A stretch of DNA of 64,000 bases from assembly GCA_965140585.1 (NCBI GenBank), contig OZ223268.1, positions 1-64,000 on the forward strand. Direction: 5' to 3'. Numbering within the stretch: position 1 is the first letter of the stretch; each line of letters begins with the position of its first letter. Shown piece after piece: positions 10,133 to 19,651 of the stretch. The stretch is from Spirochaetia bacterium. GTDB lineage: Bacteria > Spirochaetota > Spirochaetia > UBA9216. The notes under the pieces are model-generated. The model had not been told where the DNA came from. It searched no databases and worked only from the letters and a program-made list of their open reading frames with translations. Both the position numbers and the translations under genes were made by a program.

Positions 10133-10756
10133 TTATAGTGCTTTTCCGCTGATATCAGCGAGCTTTGACTCTACGGTATCTTTACTTACAAGTACTTCCG
10201 ATTCTTCACCGGCTATATAGATCCTTCCGAATTTTCCTATACCTGATACATTGATTATGTTGATATTTGAAGCTTTCTCAGCTTCATTTGCAGCATAGTA
10301 AGCGTACCCCGCCGGCTCTATTTCAAGGATAAATACAGTATCTCCGCGGAGCACCATGTTTCCGAATCTGACTTTGTTGATCAGCTGTGCATGGTGGTCG
10401 CTGATGTTTTTAATCAGCTGACTTGTGAGAATCTTCGGCTTAAGACGATCTTCCTCTTTAAGATTAAGAGCCTCCAGAATTGCAGCGCCTGCCTGTCTTG
10501 CATCGCCCTGGCTGTCAGAATGAACCTCGAGTAGTCCGAAAGATCTTTCAACAACCTGGATACCCGGAGTTACACCGGTAGCCTTTAATGCGATGTCGGT
10601 AAGCCTGTTAATCTCTATACCAGGTGCAATCTCTACAATTGCACAGGCCTGTCCGCCCACCGGAAAATAACCTCTTGATACAGTACACATGTAAGAGGCC
10701 ATCTGCAGCTGCAGTGAATCTATAAAGTTAAATGTCCTCAGTTCTATATTCTGCAT
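10133..10756 (-). CDS. BMC-T double-stacking permuted trimer (BMC-Tdp, CsoS1D/CcmP-like)
   Basis: ELRTFNFIDSLQ.Q, EIAPG, VVERSFGLLEVH, EPAGYA..AANEAEKAS, GKFGRIYIAG. Confidence 0.92.
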   Translation of the reverse strand: MQNIELRTFNFIDSLQLQMASYMCTVSRGYFPVGGQACAIVEIAPGIEINRLTDIALKATGVTPGIQVVERSFGLLEVHSDSQGDARQAGAAILEALNLKEEDRLKPKILTSQLIKNISDHHAQLINKVRFGNMVLRGDTVFILEIEPAGYAYYAANEAEKASNINIINVSGIGKFGRIYIAGEESEVLVSKDTVESKLADISGKAL

Positions 10757-11055
10757 TACTTGGCTCCTGATTCACTCAGGGGGAGTTTGCTGTCTACGGA
10801 TGCATCAGGTCTTGGAATAATGTGTACGGATACAACTTCTCCCACCCTTTCAGCAGCCTTGCTGCCTGCATCAAGCGCTGCTCTTACAGCCGCAACATCT
10901 CCTCTGATTATTGCTGTAACATAACCGCCGCCGGTTTCTTCATGGCCCTTAAGCTCTACTTTAGCAGCCTTTACCATAGCATCCGCAGCTTCAACCATTG
11001 CGGCGAAGCCCCTGGTTTCTATCATGCCCAGAGCGTTTTCTTTGTTATCAGTCAT
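10756..11055 (-). CDS. BMC-H hexamer shell protein (EutM/PduA family)
   Basis: ALGMIETRG..AMVEAADAMVKAA...RGDVAAVRAA...VHIIPRP. Confidence 0.96.
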   Translation of the reverse strand: MTDNKENALGMIETRGFAAMVEAADAMVKAAKVELKGHEETGGGYVTAIIRGDVAAVRAALDAGSKAAERVGEVVSVHIIPRPDASVDSKLPLSESGAK

Positions 11056-11101
11056 CTTTCCTCCAGAAAATAAATTTCTTTTTATTTATGCATTCATGGA
11101 A

Positions 11102-11857
11102 TTAATCCATGTAATAGCCGCCATTAATATTAACAGTCTCACCGTTAATAAAGGATGATTCATCAGAAGACAGGAACATCATCAGATTCGACATATCCTT
11201 AATTGTGCCGAGTCTCTTAACCGGAATTTTATCAGCCATAGACTGCTTCTTCTCATCATCCCAGTATTCCATCATTTTAGTCATTACAGCGTGGGGAGCG
11301 ATTGCATTGCAGGTTACACCAAAGGGTCCAAGCTGTCTGGCAACAGACCGGGTAATGGTAATTACAGCGCCCTTGGATGCTCCATAAACGAAAGTAGTGC
11401 TGTTGTCACCGTTTTTACCGGTGATTGAAGCCACATTAACAATTTTGCCATATTTCTGTTTTTTCATGATCGGTGTTACAGCACGTATAGCAAAAAGTAC
11501 ACCTTTAATATTAATGTCTATAGTCGCGTCGATCAAATCATTTGATGTATCTTCGATAGTTGCAGATTTAAGCAGACCGGCATTGTTCACAAGTATATCC
11601 ATACTTCCGAACTTAGCCACTGCATCATTTATACTTGCTGTAACTGCTTCATCATCAGAAACATCGCACACAACTGACATATATTTTACACCCTTTTTAT
11701 CAAGTACGCTGCTAGTTTCTGCAAGAGCTTTTTCATCGATGTCTGTTATTACAACAATTGCCCCTTCATCAGCCATATCAAAAGCAAGTTGCTGCCCCAT
11801 GCCCTGTCCGGCACCGGTTATAAATGCAACTCTGCCGGTAAATCTGTCTTCTCTCAT
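11102..11857 (-). CDS. Classical short-chain dehydrogenase/reductase (probably NAD-dependent)
   Basis: TGAGQGMG, NNAG, YGASK catalytic motif, Asp after beta-2 (TDID). Start MREDRF follows GGAGG. Confidence 0.93.
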   Translation of the reverse strand: MREDRFTGRVAFITGAGQGMGQQLAFDMADEGAIVVITDIDEKALAETSSVLDKKGVKYMSVVCDVSDDEAVTASINDAVAKFGSMDILVNNAGLLKSATIEDTSNDLIDATIDINIKGVLFAIRAVTPIMKKQKYGKIVNVASITGKNGDNSTTFVYGASKGAVITITRSVARQLGPFGVTCNAIAPHAVMTKMMEYWDDEKKQSMADKIPVKRLGTIKDMSNLMMFLSSDESSFINGETVNINGGYYMD

Positions 11858-11918
11858 ATTTCCTCCGCTAAGAATGTATAAAAAGATAATTTCAAATAAT
11901 TTATTTAACAGTAGCAAC

Positions 11919-11948
11919 ATTTTAATGTTATTTTAGTAACATTGTCAA
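11919..11948 (-). promoter_or_regulatory. Sigma70 promoter of the SDR(-BMC) operon with a DeoR-type operator in the spacer
   Basis: Minus strand TTGACA (11948-11943)-N18-TAAAAT (11924-11919); palindrome TGTTA-TTTTAG-TAACA at 11926-11941. Confidence 0.7.
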
Positions 11949-12152
11949 TCAATTTTTACAACATTTACCATACATAATTTTCATATACTACATTTTCCTA
12001 TCTATTTACGTCTTTTTTTGATATGTTAAAATAAAGAAGATGGATTTTTATGAAGTCATCATTACATTTATAACAATAGTAACATTTTTATATTGACAGA
12101 ACGCATCTTAGATGTATTAAATATATCATAAGATTTTACCAAGTAAGGAATT

Positions 12153-12947
12153 ATGGATAAAAAAGAACAGAGGCTAAATTATATTATTGAGCACCTGAAG
12201 AAAAATAACGCGGCCAGCATCAGAGAACTGTCTGAGTTATGCAATGTAACAATGATGACAATTCGCCGCGATCTGGAAATTCTGAAAGAACGGAATATAA
12301 TCAAGTTTTTTCATGGCGGAGCCGTTTATAACCCGGATTACAAAGAAAACCCCGAACAGCATATAGACTATCTCATACAAAAACAGAAGATGCTGCACAA
12401 AGAGGAAAAACTTGCTATAGCGAAATCAGCTGCAGCTCTTATCTCCGAAAATGAAACAATCATGCTGGACAGCGGTACCACAATCTTTTATTTGAGTAAA
12501 GAGATTCCGAATGAATTCAGCTTAACCACAATCTGCTGGTCTTTAAATATAATTGAAGTTCTTACCAAAAAGCAAAAATGCAACATGATTGCAAGCGGAG
12601 GCATTTACCATCACGAGACCCAGATGTTTGAAAGTCTCCAGGGGCTTGATTTGGTAAAAAATACACGAGCCTCAAAAGCCTTTATTTCCGCCGGCGGCGT
12701 ACACAAAGATCTTGGTGTAACATGCCCATTCCCTTATGAAGCAGAAACAAAAAGAGCGGCAATAAAATCGAGTATGACAAACATTCTTCTTGTTGACTCG
12801 TCAAAGTTCAATAAGGTCTGTACAGGACATTTAGGTGATATAACTGATTTTGACATCATCATCACAGATCATAATATATCAGATGAATACAGAGAGTTCC
12901 TTTTAGATAAAGGAGTCTCTCTGATTATTGCCGAAGATCCTAAATAG
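12153..12947 (+). CDS. deoR: DeoR/GlpR family repressor resembling E. coli DeoR proper
   Basis: HTH MTIRRDL, DSGTT, DSSKF. Segments YLIQKQK..EEK, TTICWSLN and GVHKDLGVTC resemble E. coli DeoR as I recall it. Confidence 0.85.
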   Translation: MDKKEQRLNYIIEHLKKNNAASIRELSELCNVTMMTIRRDLEILKERNIIKFFHGGAVYNPDYKENPEQHIDYLIQKQKMLHKEEKLAIAKSAAALISENETIMLDSGTTIFYLSKEIPNEFSLTTICWSLNIIEVLTKKQKCNMIASGGIYHHETQMFESLQGLDLVKNTRASKAFISAGGVHKDLGVTCPFPYEAETKRAAIKSSMTNILLVDSSKFNKVCTGHLGDITDFDIIITDHNISDEYREFLLDKGVSLIIAEDPK

Positions 12948-14610
12948 AACGAATCGAATTCCGTATATCAATCAATTCCTTCATAACACCGGATAAATCC
13001 TGCTGCTGACCGCCAATTCCGAATGAGTCATGAAGCATCAAATACAGCCTGTATAATTTATTATAAACTTCAACATTCCGTTCAATTGGTTTATATACAA
13101 TCTCTGAAACATCTGTCATCTTTTCAATAGCACTTACAAAATCCGGATATGCACCGGCGACCACGGCCGCTGTAATTGCTCCGCCCAAAGCACAGGTCTC
13201 TTCATTTTTCGAGATATAGATATCTGAGTTAAAAACATCTGAATAGATCTGCATTAATAACGGAGATTTTCTGGGGACACCTCCACATACAATAATTTTA
13301 TTTACAGCAACACCGTTTTCAACCATACGTTCCTGAATAACTCTTGCCCCGAATGCAGTAGCCTCTATAAGTGCCCTGTAAATTTCAGATGCAGTAGAAT
13401 GAAGAGTCAGCCCCAAAATCAGGCCAGTCAGGCGTTGATCAATAAGCACCGTTCGATTTCCATTATGCCAGTCAAGGGAAAGCAGACCGCTCTCACCTGC
13501 CTTAAGCTGCTCCGCCTCAAGCATTAGCTCACTCTGCTTCCTGCCCGAAGGTGCTATGTATTTTTCAAACCAGTTAAAGATGTCTCCTACACCGGACTGA
13601 CCGGCTTCAATTCCGAAAAATCCAGGAATAATAGAATCTTTAACAATACCGGCCATACCCTTAATATTTTCACTTCCGGAAGTAACTGTCAAATCACAGG
13701 TCGAAGTGCCTATAGTTTTTACAAGAGTACCAGGCTTTACACCCCCGCCAATACCTCCGAAGTGAGCATCAAAGGCCGGCATTGAGAGAGGAATCCCGGA
13801 AGGCAGTCCCGTCTTTGAAGCCCATTCACTGCTCAACAAACCGGCGCTCTGACCGGAATCCTTAACCTCGGATCTATTCAGTGTTTCAAGCAGACGCAGA
13901 AGCTCAGGGTTAAGACTTTCAATAAATTTCTTATCCGGATACCCGCCCCAGGCCGCATTATACAGGGCTTTATGTCCAGCCGCGCATATTCCCCTGGGAA
14001 TAGAGGACATATCGGTAAGGCCGCAAAGCTTTGCAACAAGCCAGTCTGAAACTTCCACCCAGGTAAAAGCTGCATCATACACTCGCTTATCTGTATTCAG
14101 ACAGTGAAGTACTTTTGACCAGAACCATTCTGATGAATAACGGCCGCCTACCATTTCCAGATATTCCGGATATAGTTCCTGACCGGTTTGAGTTATATAC
14201 TCGGCCTCCTCCAGCGCACTGTGATCCTTCCACAGCCAGATATGTGCAGAAAGATTGTTCCGGAATTCATCAAGATCTACAAGAGGAGTTCCGTCCTTAA
14301 GTACAGGCAGCAGGGTCGTACCGGTGGTATCAACACCCATAGCTATAACATTCTGCGAAATTCCTGGACTTATCTCTGAGGCTTTAATAAGGGCAGTCCT
14401 GACGGTTTCCTCAATACCCCGGAGATAATCAACAGGATGCTGCCTTGCAACAAGCGGATCCCGCGTATCAGAAATACAGCCCTCACATCCTTCTATCCCC
14501 TCTTTATACTGACATACTGCAGAACTTATCTCAAAGCCGTCGCTTACACGTACCACAACCGAACGAACAGAAGCAGTACCGAAATCAACACCGATCGTAT
14601 ATTTTTCCAC
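12940..14610 (-). CDS. araB: Ribulokinase-like FGGY carbohydrate kinase
   Basis: GVDFGT, WKDH, YSSEWFWSK, CAAGHKA, GTSTC, EAGQS, LDWHNGNRT; substrate may differ from ribulose. Confidence 0.8.
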   Translation of the reverse strand: MEKYTIGVDFGTASVRSVVVRVSDGFEISSAVCQYKEGIEGCEGCISDTRDPLVARQHPVDYLRGIEETVRTALIKASEISPGISQNVIAMGVDTTGTTLLPVLKDGTPLVDLDEFRNNLSAHIWLWKDHSALEEAEYITQTGQELYPEYLEMVGGRYSSEWFWSKVLHCLNTDKRVYDAAFTWVEVSDWLVAKLCGLTDMSSIPRGICAAGHKALYNAAWGGYPDKKFIESLNPELLRLLETLNRSEVKDSGQSAGLLSSEWASKTGLPSGIPLSMPAFDAHFGGIGGGVKPGTLVKTIGTSTCDLTVTSGSENIKGMAGIVKDSIIPGFFGIEAGQSGVGDIFNWFEKYIAPSGRKQSELMLEAEQLKAGESGLLSLDWHNGNRTVLIDQRLTGLILGLTLHSTASEIYRALIEATAFGARVIQERMVENGVAVNKIIVCGGVPRKSPLLMQIYSDVFNSDIYISKNEETCALGGAITAAVVAGAYPDFVSAIEKMTDVSEIVYKPIERNVEVYNKLYRLYLMLHDSFGIGGQQQDLSGVMKELIDIRNSIRSI

Positions 14611-14622
14611 ATGACGCCCCTT

Positions 14623-15672
14623 CTATAAAACCTGCGGATTACCAACCATCTTCGGCCTTCCCCCGCCTATATAGGAGAGCAGTTCACCTCTCATTATATT
14701 CGGAGCATTCCAGTAGGAAGCCCTTGTGTCACCCGCCCTGTGATTTGAGAGAGTAAGATTATCAAGCTTCACAAGCGGACTGTCTGCAGGAAGAGGTTCC
14801 TGTTCAAAGACATCCATTGCAGCCCCCTGAATTTGTTTTGATTCAAGCGCAGATATCAAAGCCTGGGTATTCACAAGTCCCGCCCTTGCAGAATTAATAA
14901 GATATGCTGATGATTTCATCATTTCGAACTGCGGAGCATCGATTAGTTTTGAAGTCTCAGGAGTCAGTCTCACATGCAGAGAAATAATATCTGCTTCTTT
15001 TAAGAGTTCTTCGAATTTGACAGGAATGCAACCCCGGGCGTTAACAGCATCATCAGGGACGAAGGGATCACTTACTATTATTCTGCAGTCGAAGGATTTA
15101 AGTTTATCCGCAAGAAGCTGTCCATTCTGTCCGAACCCTACAAGCCCTACCGTCAATTCATTCAACTCGGGGATATATGCCGAATTCGGATAAAATTCCC
15201 TCCATTCACCGGTCTTAAGCGCATAATGAGACCTGGCAATATTTCGGGTCTCTGAAAGTATAAGCCCGACTGTATATTCTGCCACTGCCATTGCGTTATG
15301 ATTAGGCGTATGAATAACAGGAATACCCCGCTTTGTAGCTTCCTCCATGTCAATATTTTCAAGACCTCCTCTAGCGGAAAGAATGACCTTCAGATTTTCA
15401 GCACTGTCGAGAATTTCTTTATTAATAGGACATATATTTACAGCAACAAATTCAACATCTTTTATCAGTTCCGGCAGTTCATCAGGAAACGGAACTCCGG
15501 AGGGACCATGCTCCTCAAGCAGTCTGTAAACATTTCTTATCTCGGCACGATCATTACAGGGAAAATCCAGCGTTTTAAACTCATGGACATTTTTTTCAAT
15601 ATTATCGCCTATAAAGACCTTCTTCAGTATTTCTGTAGGCAGCAGATAATCTCCGACAACCAATCCTTTCAT
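14623..15672 (-). CDS. D-isomer-specific 2-hydroxyacid dehydrogenase (SerA-like)
   Basis: NAMAVAEY, GLVGFGQNG, INSARAG, DVFEQEP, NHRAG. Confidence 0.9.
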   Translation of the reverse strand: MKGLVVGDYLLPTEILKKVFIGDNIEKNVHEFKTLDFPCNDRAEIRNVYRLLEEHGPSGVPFPDELPELIKDVEFVAVNICPINKEILDSAENLKVILSARGGLENIDMEEATKRGIPVIHTPNHNAMAVAEYTVGLILSETRNIARSHYALKTGEWREFYPNSAYIPELNELTVGLVGFGQNGQLLADKLKSFDCRIIVSDPFVPDDAVNARGCIPVKFEELLKEADIISLHVRLTPETSKLIDAPQFEMMKSSAYLINSARAGLVNTQALISALESKQIQGAAMDVFEQEPLPADSPLVKLDNLTLSNHRAGDTRASYWNAPNIMRGELLSYIGGGRPKMVGNPQVL

Positions 15673-15684
15673 AATTTACTCCTT

Positions 15685-16878
15685 CTATTTAATCAGTTTA
15701 TATGCTTCATCAAGGGGAATTCCATCTTCAGGAATATATTGTCTCCAGTAAGCAACAGTATCCTTCAGATTTTCCAGGGCATCCTGCGGATACTGGACAT
15801 TTGATATAAAAATCTCAAATGCAAGCGATATCTCATCAGTTGGTTCAGGCATTCCAGGCTCCCCTGCTTTTTCATATGCTTGCATCAGCGATTTGAGCAT
15901 CCGTTCACCGGTAATGATGCCGTCTTTTCCGGTTTCTTCGGTAAAGGGGGCATGTGAAGATTTAACGCCGTCTGTCTGCTGCATGTGAACTATAGGTGAA
16001 TAAGCACCAAGTTCCTCTATCCATAAGTAGGGATCACTTTCAGCCCCATCAGCAAACATGTAAGCATACTGCTCAAGGGATGAAAGTATTTCACTTACAA
16101 ACTCAGCATCAGATCTTTTTCCGGATTGAATATATTCTTTTATCTCTTGATAAACCGGTTCAGGACCCAGCCATTCGCCGAAGGCCATTCTGCCTTCCCT
16201 ACCTTTCCCCAGAGCATACTTAATCATTTCCGGATCCGGCTTAGTGAATTTCCTCTGTCCTACCATATGCCCCACATCGAGAGCTATGAAAAAAGGGCTT
16301 CCCGACTTTTTATATACATCAGATATTAATTTTTTTGATTCAGCGATTCTCCACGGATGCTGATATGGCGCATACATTTGCTCACAACACAATTTTACTC
16401 CTGAGTGAGCAGCAGCATATTCAGATAATTCCGCATACTCTTTAACAACAGTATCAACAGCAGCTTTATATTTATCACTGTCATTTAAATCTTCCTCCTG
16501 AAACGCATGGAAGGAAAATCCGATTGACGCTGAGTTCAGCTCTTCAGCATGATCAATTAAAGGCTTAAACCACTCATCTTTAATCTTATTCCGCATTCTT
16601 GGATCAGGATGTGCCAAACCTGCTGTCCTGTAGGTTTGATACCCGGTGAAGAAACTTTTAACCTGCATCCCGTACAAAGATTCATACTTCTTCACTTCTC
16701 TTACCCAATCTTTCCTATAATCCTCAGGACAAAAGAGGGGATCAATTTCATTATCGGTACTCGCTTCTATTACAGAGGCTCCTAAATCTTTAATAACCCT
16801 CATCCACTGCTCAGGAGTAATCCACCGCTTGATGGCAAAACAGTTATCCATTGACAGATAAAGTTTCGGATACTTCAT
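15685..16878 (-). CDS. Xylose-isomerase-like TIM-barrel sugar-phosphate epimerase, EryC-like
   Basis: NCFAIKRW..P, AHPDPRMR..WFK, EQMY, LDVGH, DPYLWI..SPIVHMQQ..SSHAPFT, FEIF, VAYWRQYI. Start MKYPK follows GAGG. Confidence 0.75.
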   Translation of the reverse strand: MKYPKLYLSMDNCFAIKRWITPEQWMRVIKDLGASVIEASTDNEIDPLFCPEDYRKDWVREVKKYESLYGMQVKSFFTGYQTYRTAGLAHPDPRMRNKIKDEWFKPLIDHAEELNSASIGFSFHAFQEEDLNDSDKYKAAVDTVVKEYAELSEYAAAHSGVKLCCEQMYAPYQHPWRIAESKKLISDVYKKSGSPFFIALDVGHMVGQRKFTKPDPEMIKYALGKGREGRMAFGEWLGPEPVYQEIKEYIQSGKRSDAEFVSEILSSLEQYAYMFADGAESDPYLWIEELGAYSPIVHMQQTDGVKSSHAPFTEETGKDGIITGERMLKSLMQAYEKAGEPGMPEPTDEISLAFEIFISNVQYPQDALENLKDTVAYWRQYIPEDGIPLDEAYKLIK

Positions 16879-17020
16879 AAATGACCTCAATTTATTATGT
16901 TTCTTTTGTATCATAACTTTATATATATTTACCACTTTCTGTCAATAGAATGTTTTTTTTCTAAATTTTATTTCTATATTTTTTTCTTGACAATACATAT
17001 TTCCCATTTTAATCTATTTA

Positions 17021-17036
17021 TGTTGCTTATATAACA
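17021..17036. promoter_or_regulatory. Second DeoR-type operator, in the divergent epimerase/dehydrogenase promoter region
   Basis: TGTTG-CTTATA-TAACA, same geometry as 11926-11941; TTGACA hexamers on both strands nearby (16940-16945, 16987-16992). Confidence 0.55.
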
Positions 17037-17071
17037 TTTCACTTGATAAACCTTACATAACGGAGACCACA

Positions 17072-18115
17072 ATGCTTGCATATGTATATGACGGAGAAAA
17101 AAACCTGCACTTGAAAGAAGTTGAAAAGCCTTCGGCAAAAAAGAAAAGTGCTGTAATAAAAGTTGATGCAACATCTATCTGCGGGACAGATTTAAGAGCA
17201 TACAGATTCGGATCTACAAAAATAAACTCAGGTTCAATCATGGGTCATGAATCTGTAGGCACAATTATTGAAATAGGCAATGAAGTTTCAAATTTTAAAG
17301 TTGGAGATCGGGTACAGATAGCGCCTGCAATCGGATGCGGTCAATGTCACTACTGCAAAAAAGGTTTCACAAACCTCTGTGATAATTTAAAAACCATAGG
17401 ATTTAACTTTGACGGAACTTTTGCTGAATACATGGAAATTCCGGCAGAGGCTTTTGAACAGGATCATGTTACAAAGGTACCTGAGAGACTGCCTTCAGAA
17501 CAGGCGGTGCTGGCTGAACCTATCGCCTGTGTGGCTAATGCGCAGGAGTATCTCGATATTAAGGAAGGAGATATTGTACTTGTAATAGGCTCCGGATTTA
17601 TAGGCTCCATGCATGCAGATCTTGCCTTCAGCAAGGGGGCGGCAGGAGTTTTCATGTCTGAACTCAATGATCACCGTATAAAGATGGCGAAAAAGTTCCT
17701 GCCCAGACTGGAAATGATCGATTCTTCTAAAGAAGACTTAAAAACAGCCGTTATGGACAAAACATCCGGAAGAGGTGTTGATGTAGTTATAGTGGCCTGC
17801 TCTGTTGGACCGGCACAAACCGATGCCATGAACGTTGTGGCAAAAAGGGGAAGAGTCAGCCTTTTTGGGGGGCTGCCGAAAGAAACAACGGGCTTCATTG
17901 ACAGCAATATAATTCACTACAAGGAAGTCTCTGTATATGGAGCACATGCATCAACTGTAAAACAAAACAGAGAAATGCTGAATCTTATTGCTAACGGAAC
18001 ATTGAATGTAAAACCTTTCATTGAGAAGACATTCCCCCTCAGAGAAATAGAAAATGCTTTCAAAGCACTTAATGATGAGAGTATAGTTAAGGCAGTTTTA
18101 AAACCAGGAGAGTGA
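17072..18115 (+). CDS. Zn-dependent polyol/sorbitol-type dehydrogenase (MDR)
   Basis: ICGTD, GHE, CGQCHYC...NLC structural Zn site, GSGFIG. Confidence 0.92.
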   Translation: MLAYVYDGEKNLHLKEVEKPSAKKKSAVIKVDATSICGTDLRAYRFGSTKINSGSIMGHESVGTIIEIGNEVSNFKVGDRVQIAPAIGCGQCHYCKKGFTNLCDNLKTIGFNFDGTFAEYMEIPAEAFEQDHVTKVPERLPSEQAVLAEPIACVANAQEYLDIKEGDIVLVIGSGFIGSMHADLAFSKGAAGVFMSELNDHRIKMAKKFLPRLEMIDSSKEDLKTAVMDKTSGRGVDVVIVACSVGPAQTDAMNVVAKRGRVSLFGGLPKETTGFIDSNIIHYKEVSVYGAHASTVKQNREMLNLIANGTLNVKPFIEKTFPLREIENAFKALNDESIVKAVLKPGE

Positions 18116-18125
18116 ATTAACAGTT

Positions 18126-19625
18126 ATGGAGCATAAAGTCCTTGAGATGAGAGACATCTATAAAAGCTACTCATTTGTCAGTGTTTTAAGAGATGTTTCC
18201 TTCTCATTAAATGAAGGTGAAATTTTAGGTTTGGTCGGTGAAAATGGTGCGGGAAAGTCAACATTAATGAAGATACTTTCAGGCGGCACACAGCCTGATT
18301 CAGGAACCATTATTATTGATGGAAGTGAAGTAGAAATAGACAGTCCTATTACTGCAAAACAGCATCGTATTGCTATGGTTCAACAGGAATTGAGTCTGAT
18401 ATCCTCGCTTACCGTTACTGATAATATCGTACTTGGTACAGAATATAAGCGGCCATTTTTCAAATTTCTTGATTATGAGAAGAATAAAAAATATGCTCAG
18501 TCAGCTCTGGATGCAGTGAAGCTTTCAGTACCGCTTAATGCCAGAATCAGCAGCCTTAAAGTTGCAAATCAGCAAATGATTGAGATAGCAAGAAATATCA
18601 TCAGAGAACCCAGAGTTCTGATTCTTGATGAGCCTACGACAGCTCTGACAATTATTGAAACTGAAGCCCTTCTAAACCAGCTTCTGGAACTTAAAGCCAA
18701 GGGAATATCGATAATTTTCATATCTCATAAACTTGAAGAAGTAATAAAGATTTCCGACCGGATTATGATAATGCGTGACGGTGAGAAAGTCAGCGAACTG
18801 GAAAAAAATGAATCAAGCAGAGATATTCTTATCAAACATATGGTTGGAGATAAAGAGTTTTTTGTAAAATCTGCGAATCAATCAGATGAAGCCAGAAAGG
18901 ATAACATTGTTTTTGAAGTTAAAGATTTCAACAAAGAAGGAGTTTTTAAAAATATATCCTTCGCTCTTAATGAGGGTGAAATTCTGGGCTTTTTCGGATT
19001 AAAAGGCGCAGGAAGAAGCGAGACTTTTCACTCTATATTCGGAATCGATGCAAAGGATTCAGGAGAAGTTCTGATAGAAAAAGAAACCAGAAACTTTCGA
19101 AACCCTACTGATGCTATAAACGCCGGAATGGGTCTGGTAAGTGAAGACCGTAAATTTAACGGGATATTTCCGGATATGGATATAAAAAATAATATTCTGC
19201 TTTCTGATATGAAATCGGTATCAACAAAAGCCGGTTTTATCAGAACAATTCATATGAGCAGAATAGCCAAAGAATTAATTAAACGACTTGGAATAAAAAC
19301 AACCAGCACTGAACAGCATATAAAACGGCTCAGCGGAGGAAATCAGCAGAAGGTCATGATTTCAAGATGGCTGCATACTAACAGTAAAATTCTAGTTCTG
19401 GACGAACCTACGAAGGGAGTAGATGTCGGAGCAAAACAGGATATATACAAACAGATACGCAGCTTCTCTGAAGAAGGAAAAGGCGTCGTGGTTATTTCCT
19501 CAGAGCTGGAAGAAGTTATGCTGCTCAGTAATAGAATTGCTGTTATGAGGAGCGGGGAAATTCAGGCAATATTGAGCGGTTCGGATATAAATGCAAAAAC
19601 CATAATGCATTATGCTGCCGGCTGA
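18126..19625 (+). CDS. Sugar ABC transporter ATP-binding protein (RbsA/AlsA-like)
   Basis: GENGAGKST, LDEPT twice, LSGGNQQK. Confidence 0.95.
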   Translation: MEHKVLEMRDIYKSYSFVSVLRDVSFSLNEGEILGLVGENGAGKSTLMKILSGGTQPDSGTIIIDGSEVEIDSPITAKQHRIAMVQQELSLISSLTVTDNIVLGTEYKRPFFKFLDYEKNKKYAQSALDAVKLSVPLNARISSLKVANQQMIEIARNIIREPRVLILDEPTTALTIIETEALLNQLLELKAKGISIIFISHKLEEVIKISDRIMIMRDGEKVSELEKNESSRDILIKHMVGDKEFFVKSANQSDEARKDNIVFEVKDFNKEGVFKNISFALNEGEILGFFGLKGAGRSETFHSIFGIDAKDSGEVLIEKETRNFRNPTDAINAGMGLVSEDRKFNGIFPDMDIKNNILLSDMKSVSTKAGFIRTIHMSRIAKELIKRLGIKTTSTEQHIKRLSGGNQQKVMISRWLHTNSKILVLDEPTKGVDVGAKQDIYKQIRSFSEEGKGVVVISSELEEVMLLSNRIAVMRSGEIQAILSGSDINAKTIMHYAAG

Positions 19626-19651
19626 TTGGTTTAAGAAAGGAGATACTGACT

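Noticed and set aside
7325-11936. Long + strand ORFs (7325-7786, 8693-9280, 11397-11936)
   Set aside because: Antisense to well-supported BMC and SDR genes; no recognisable motifs
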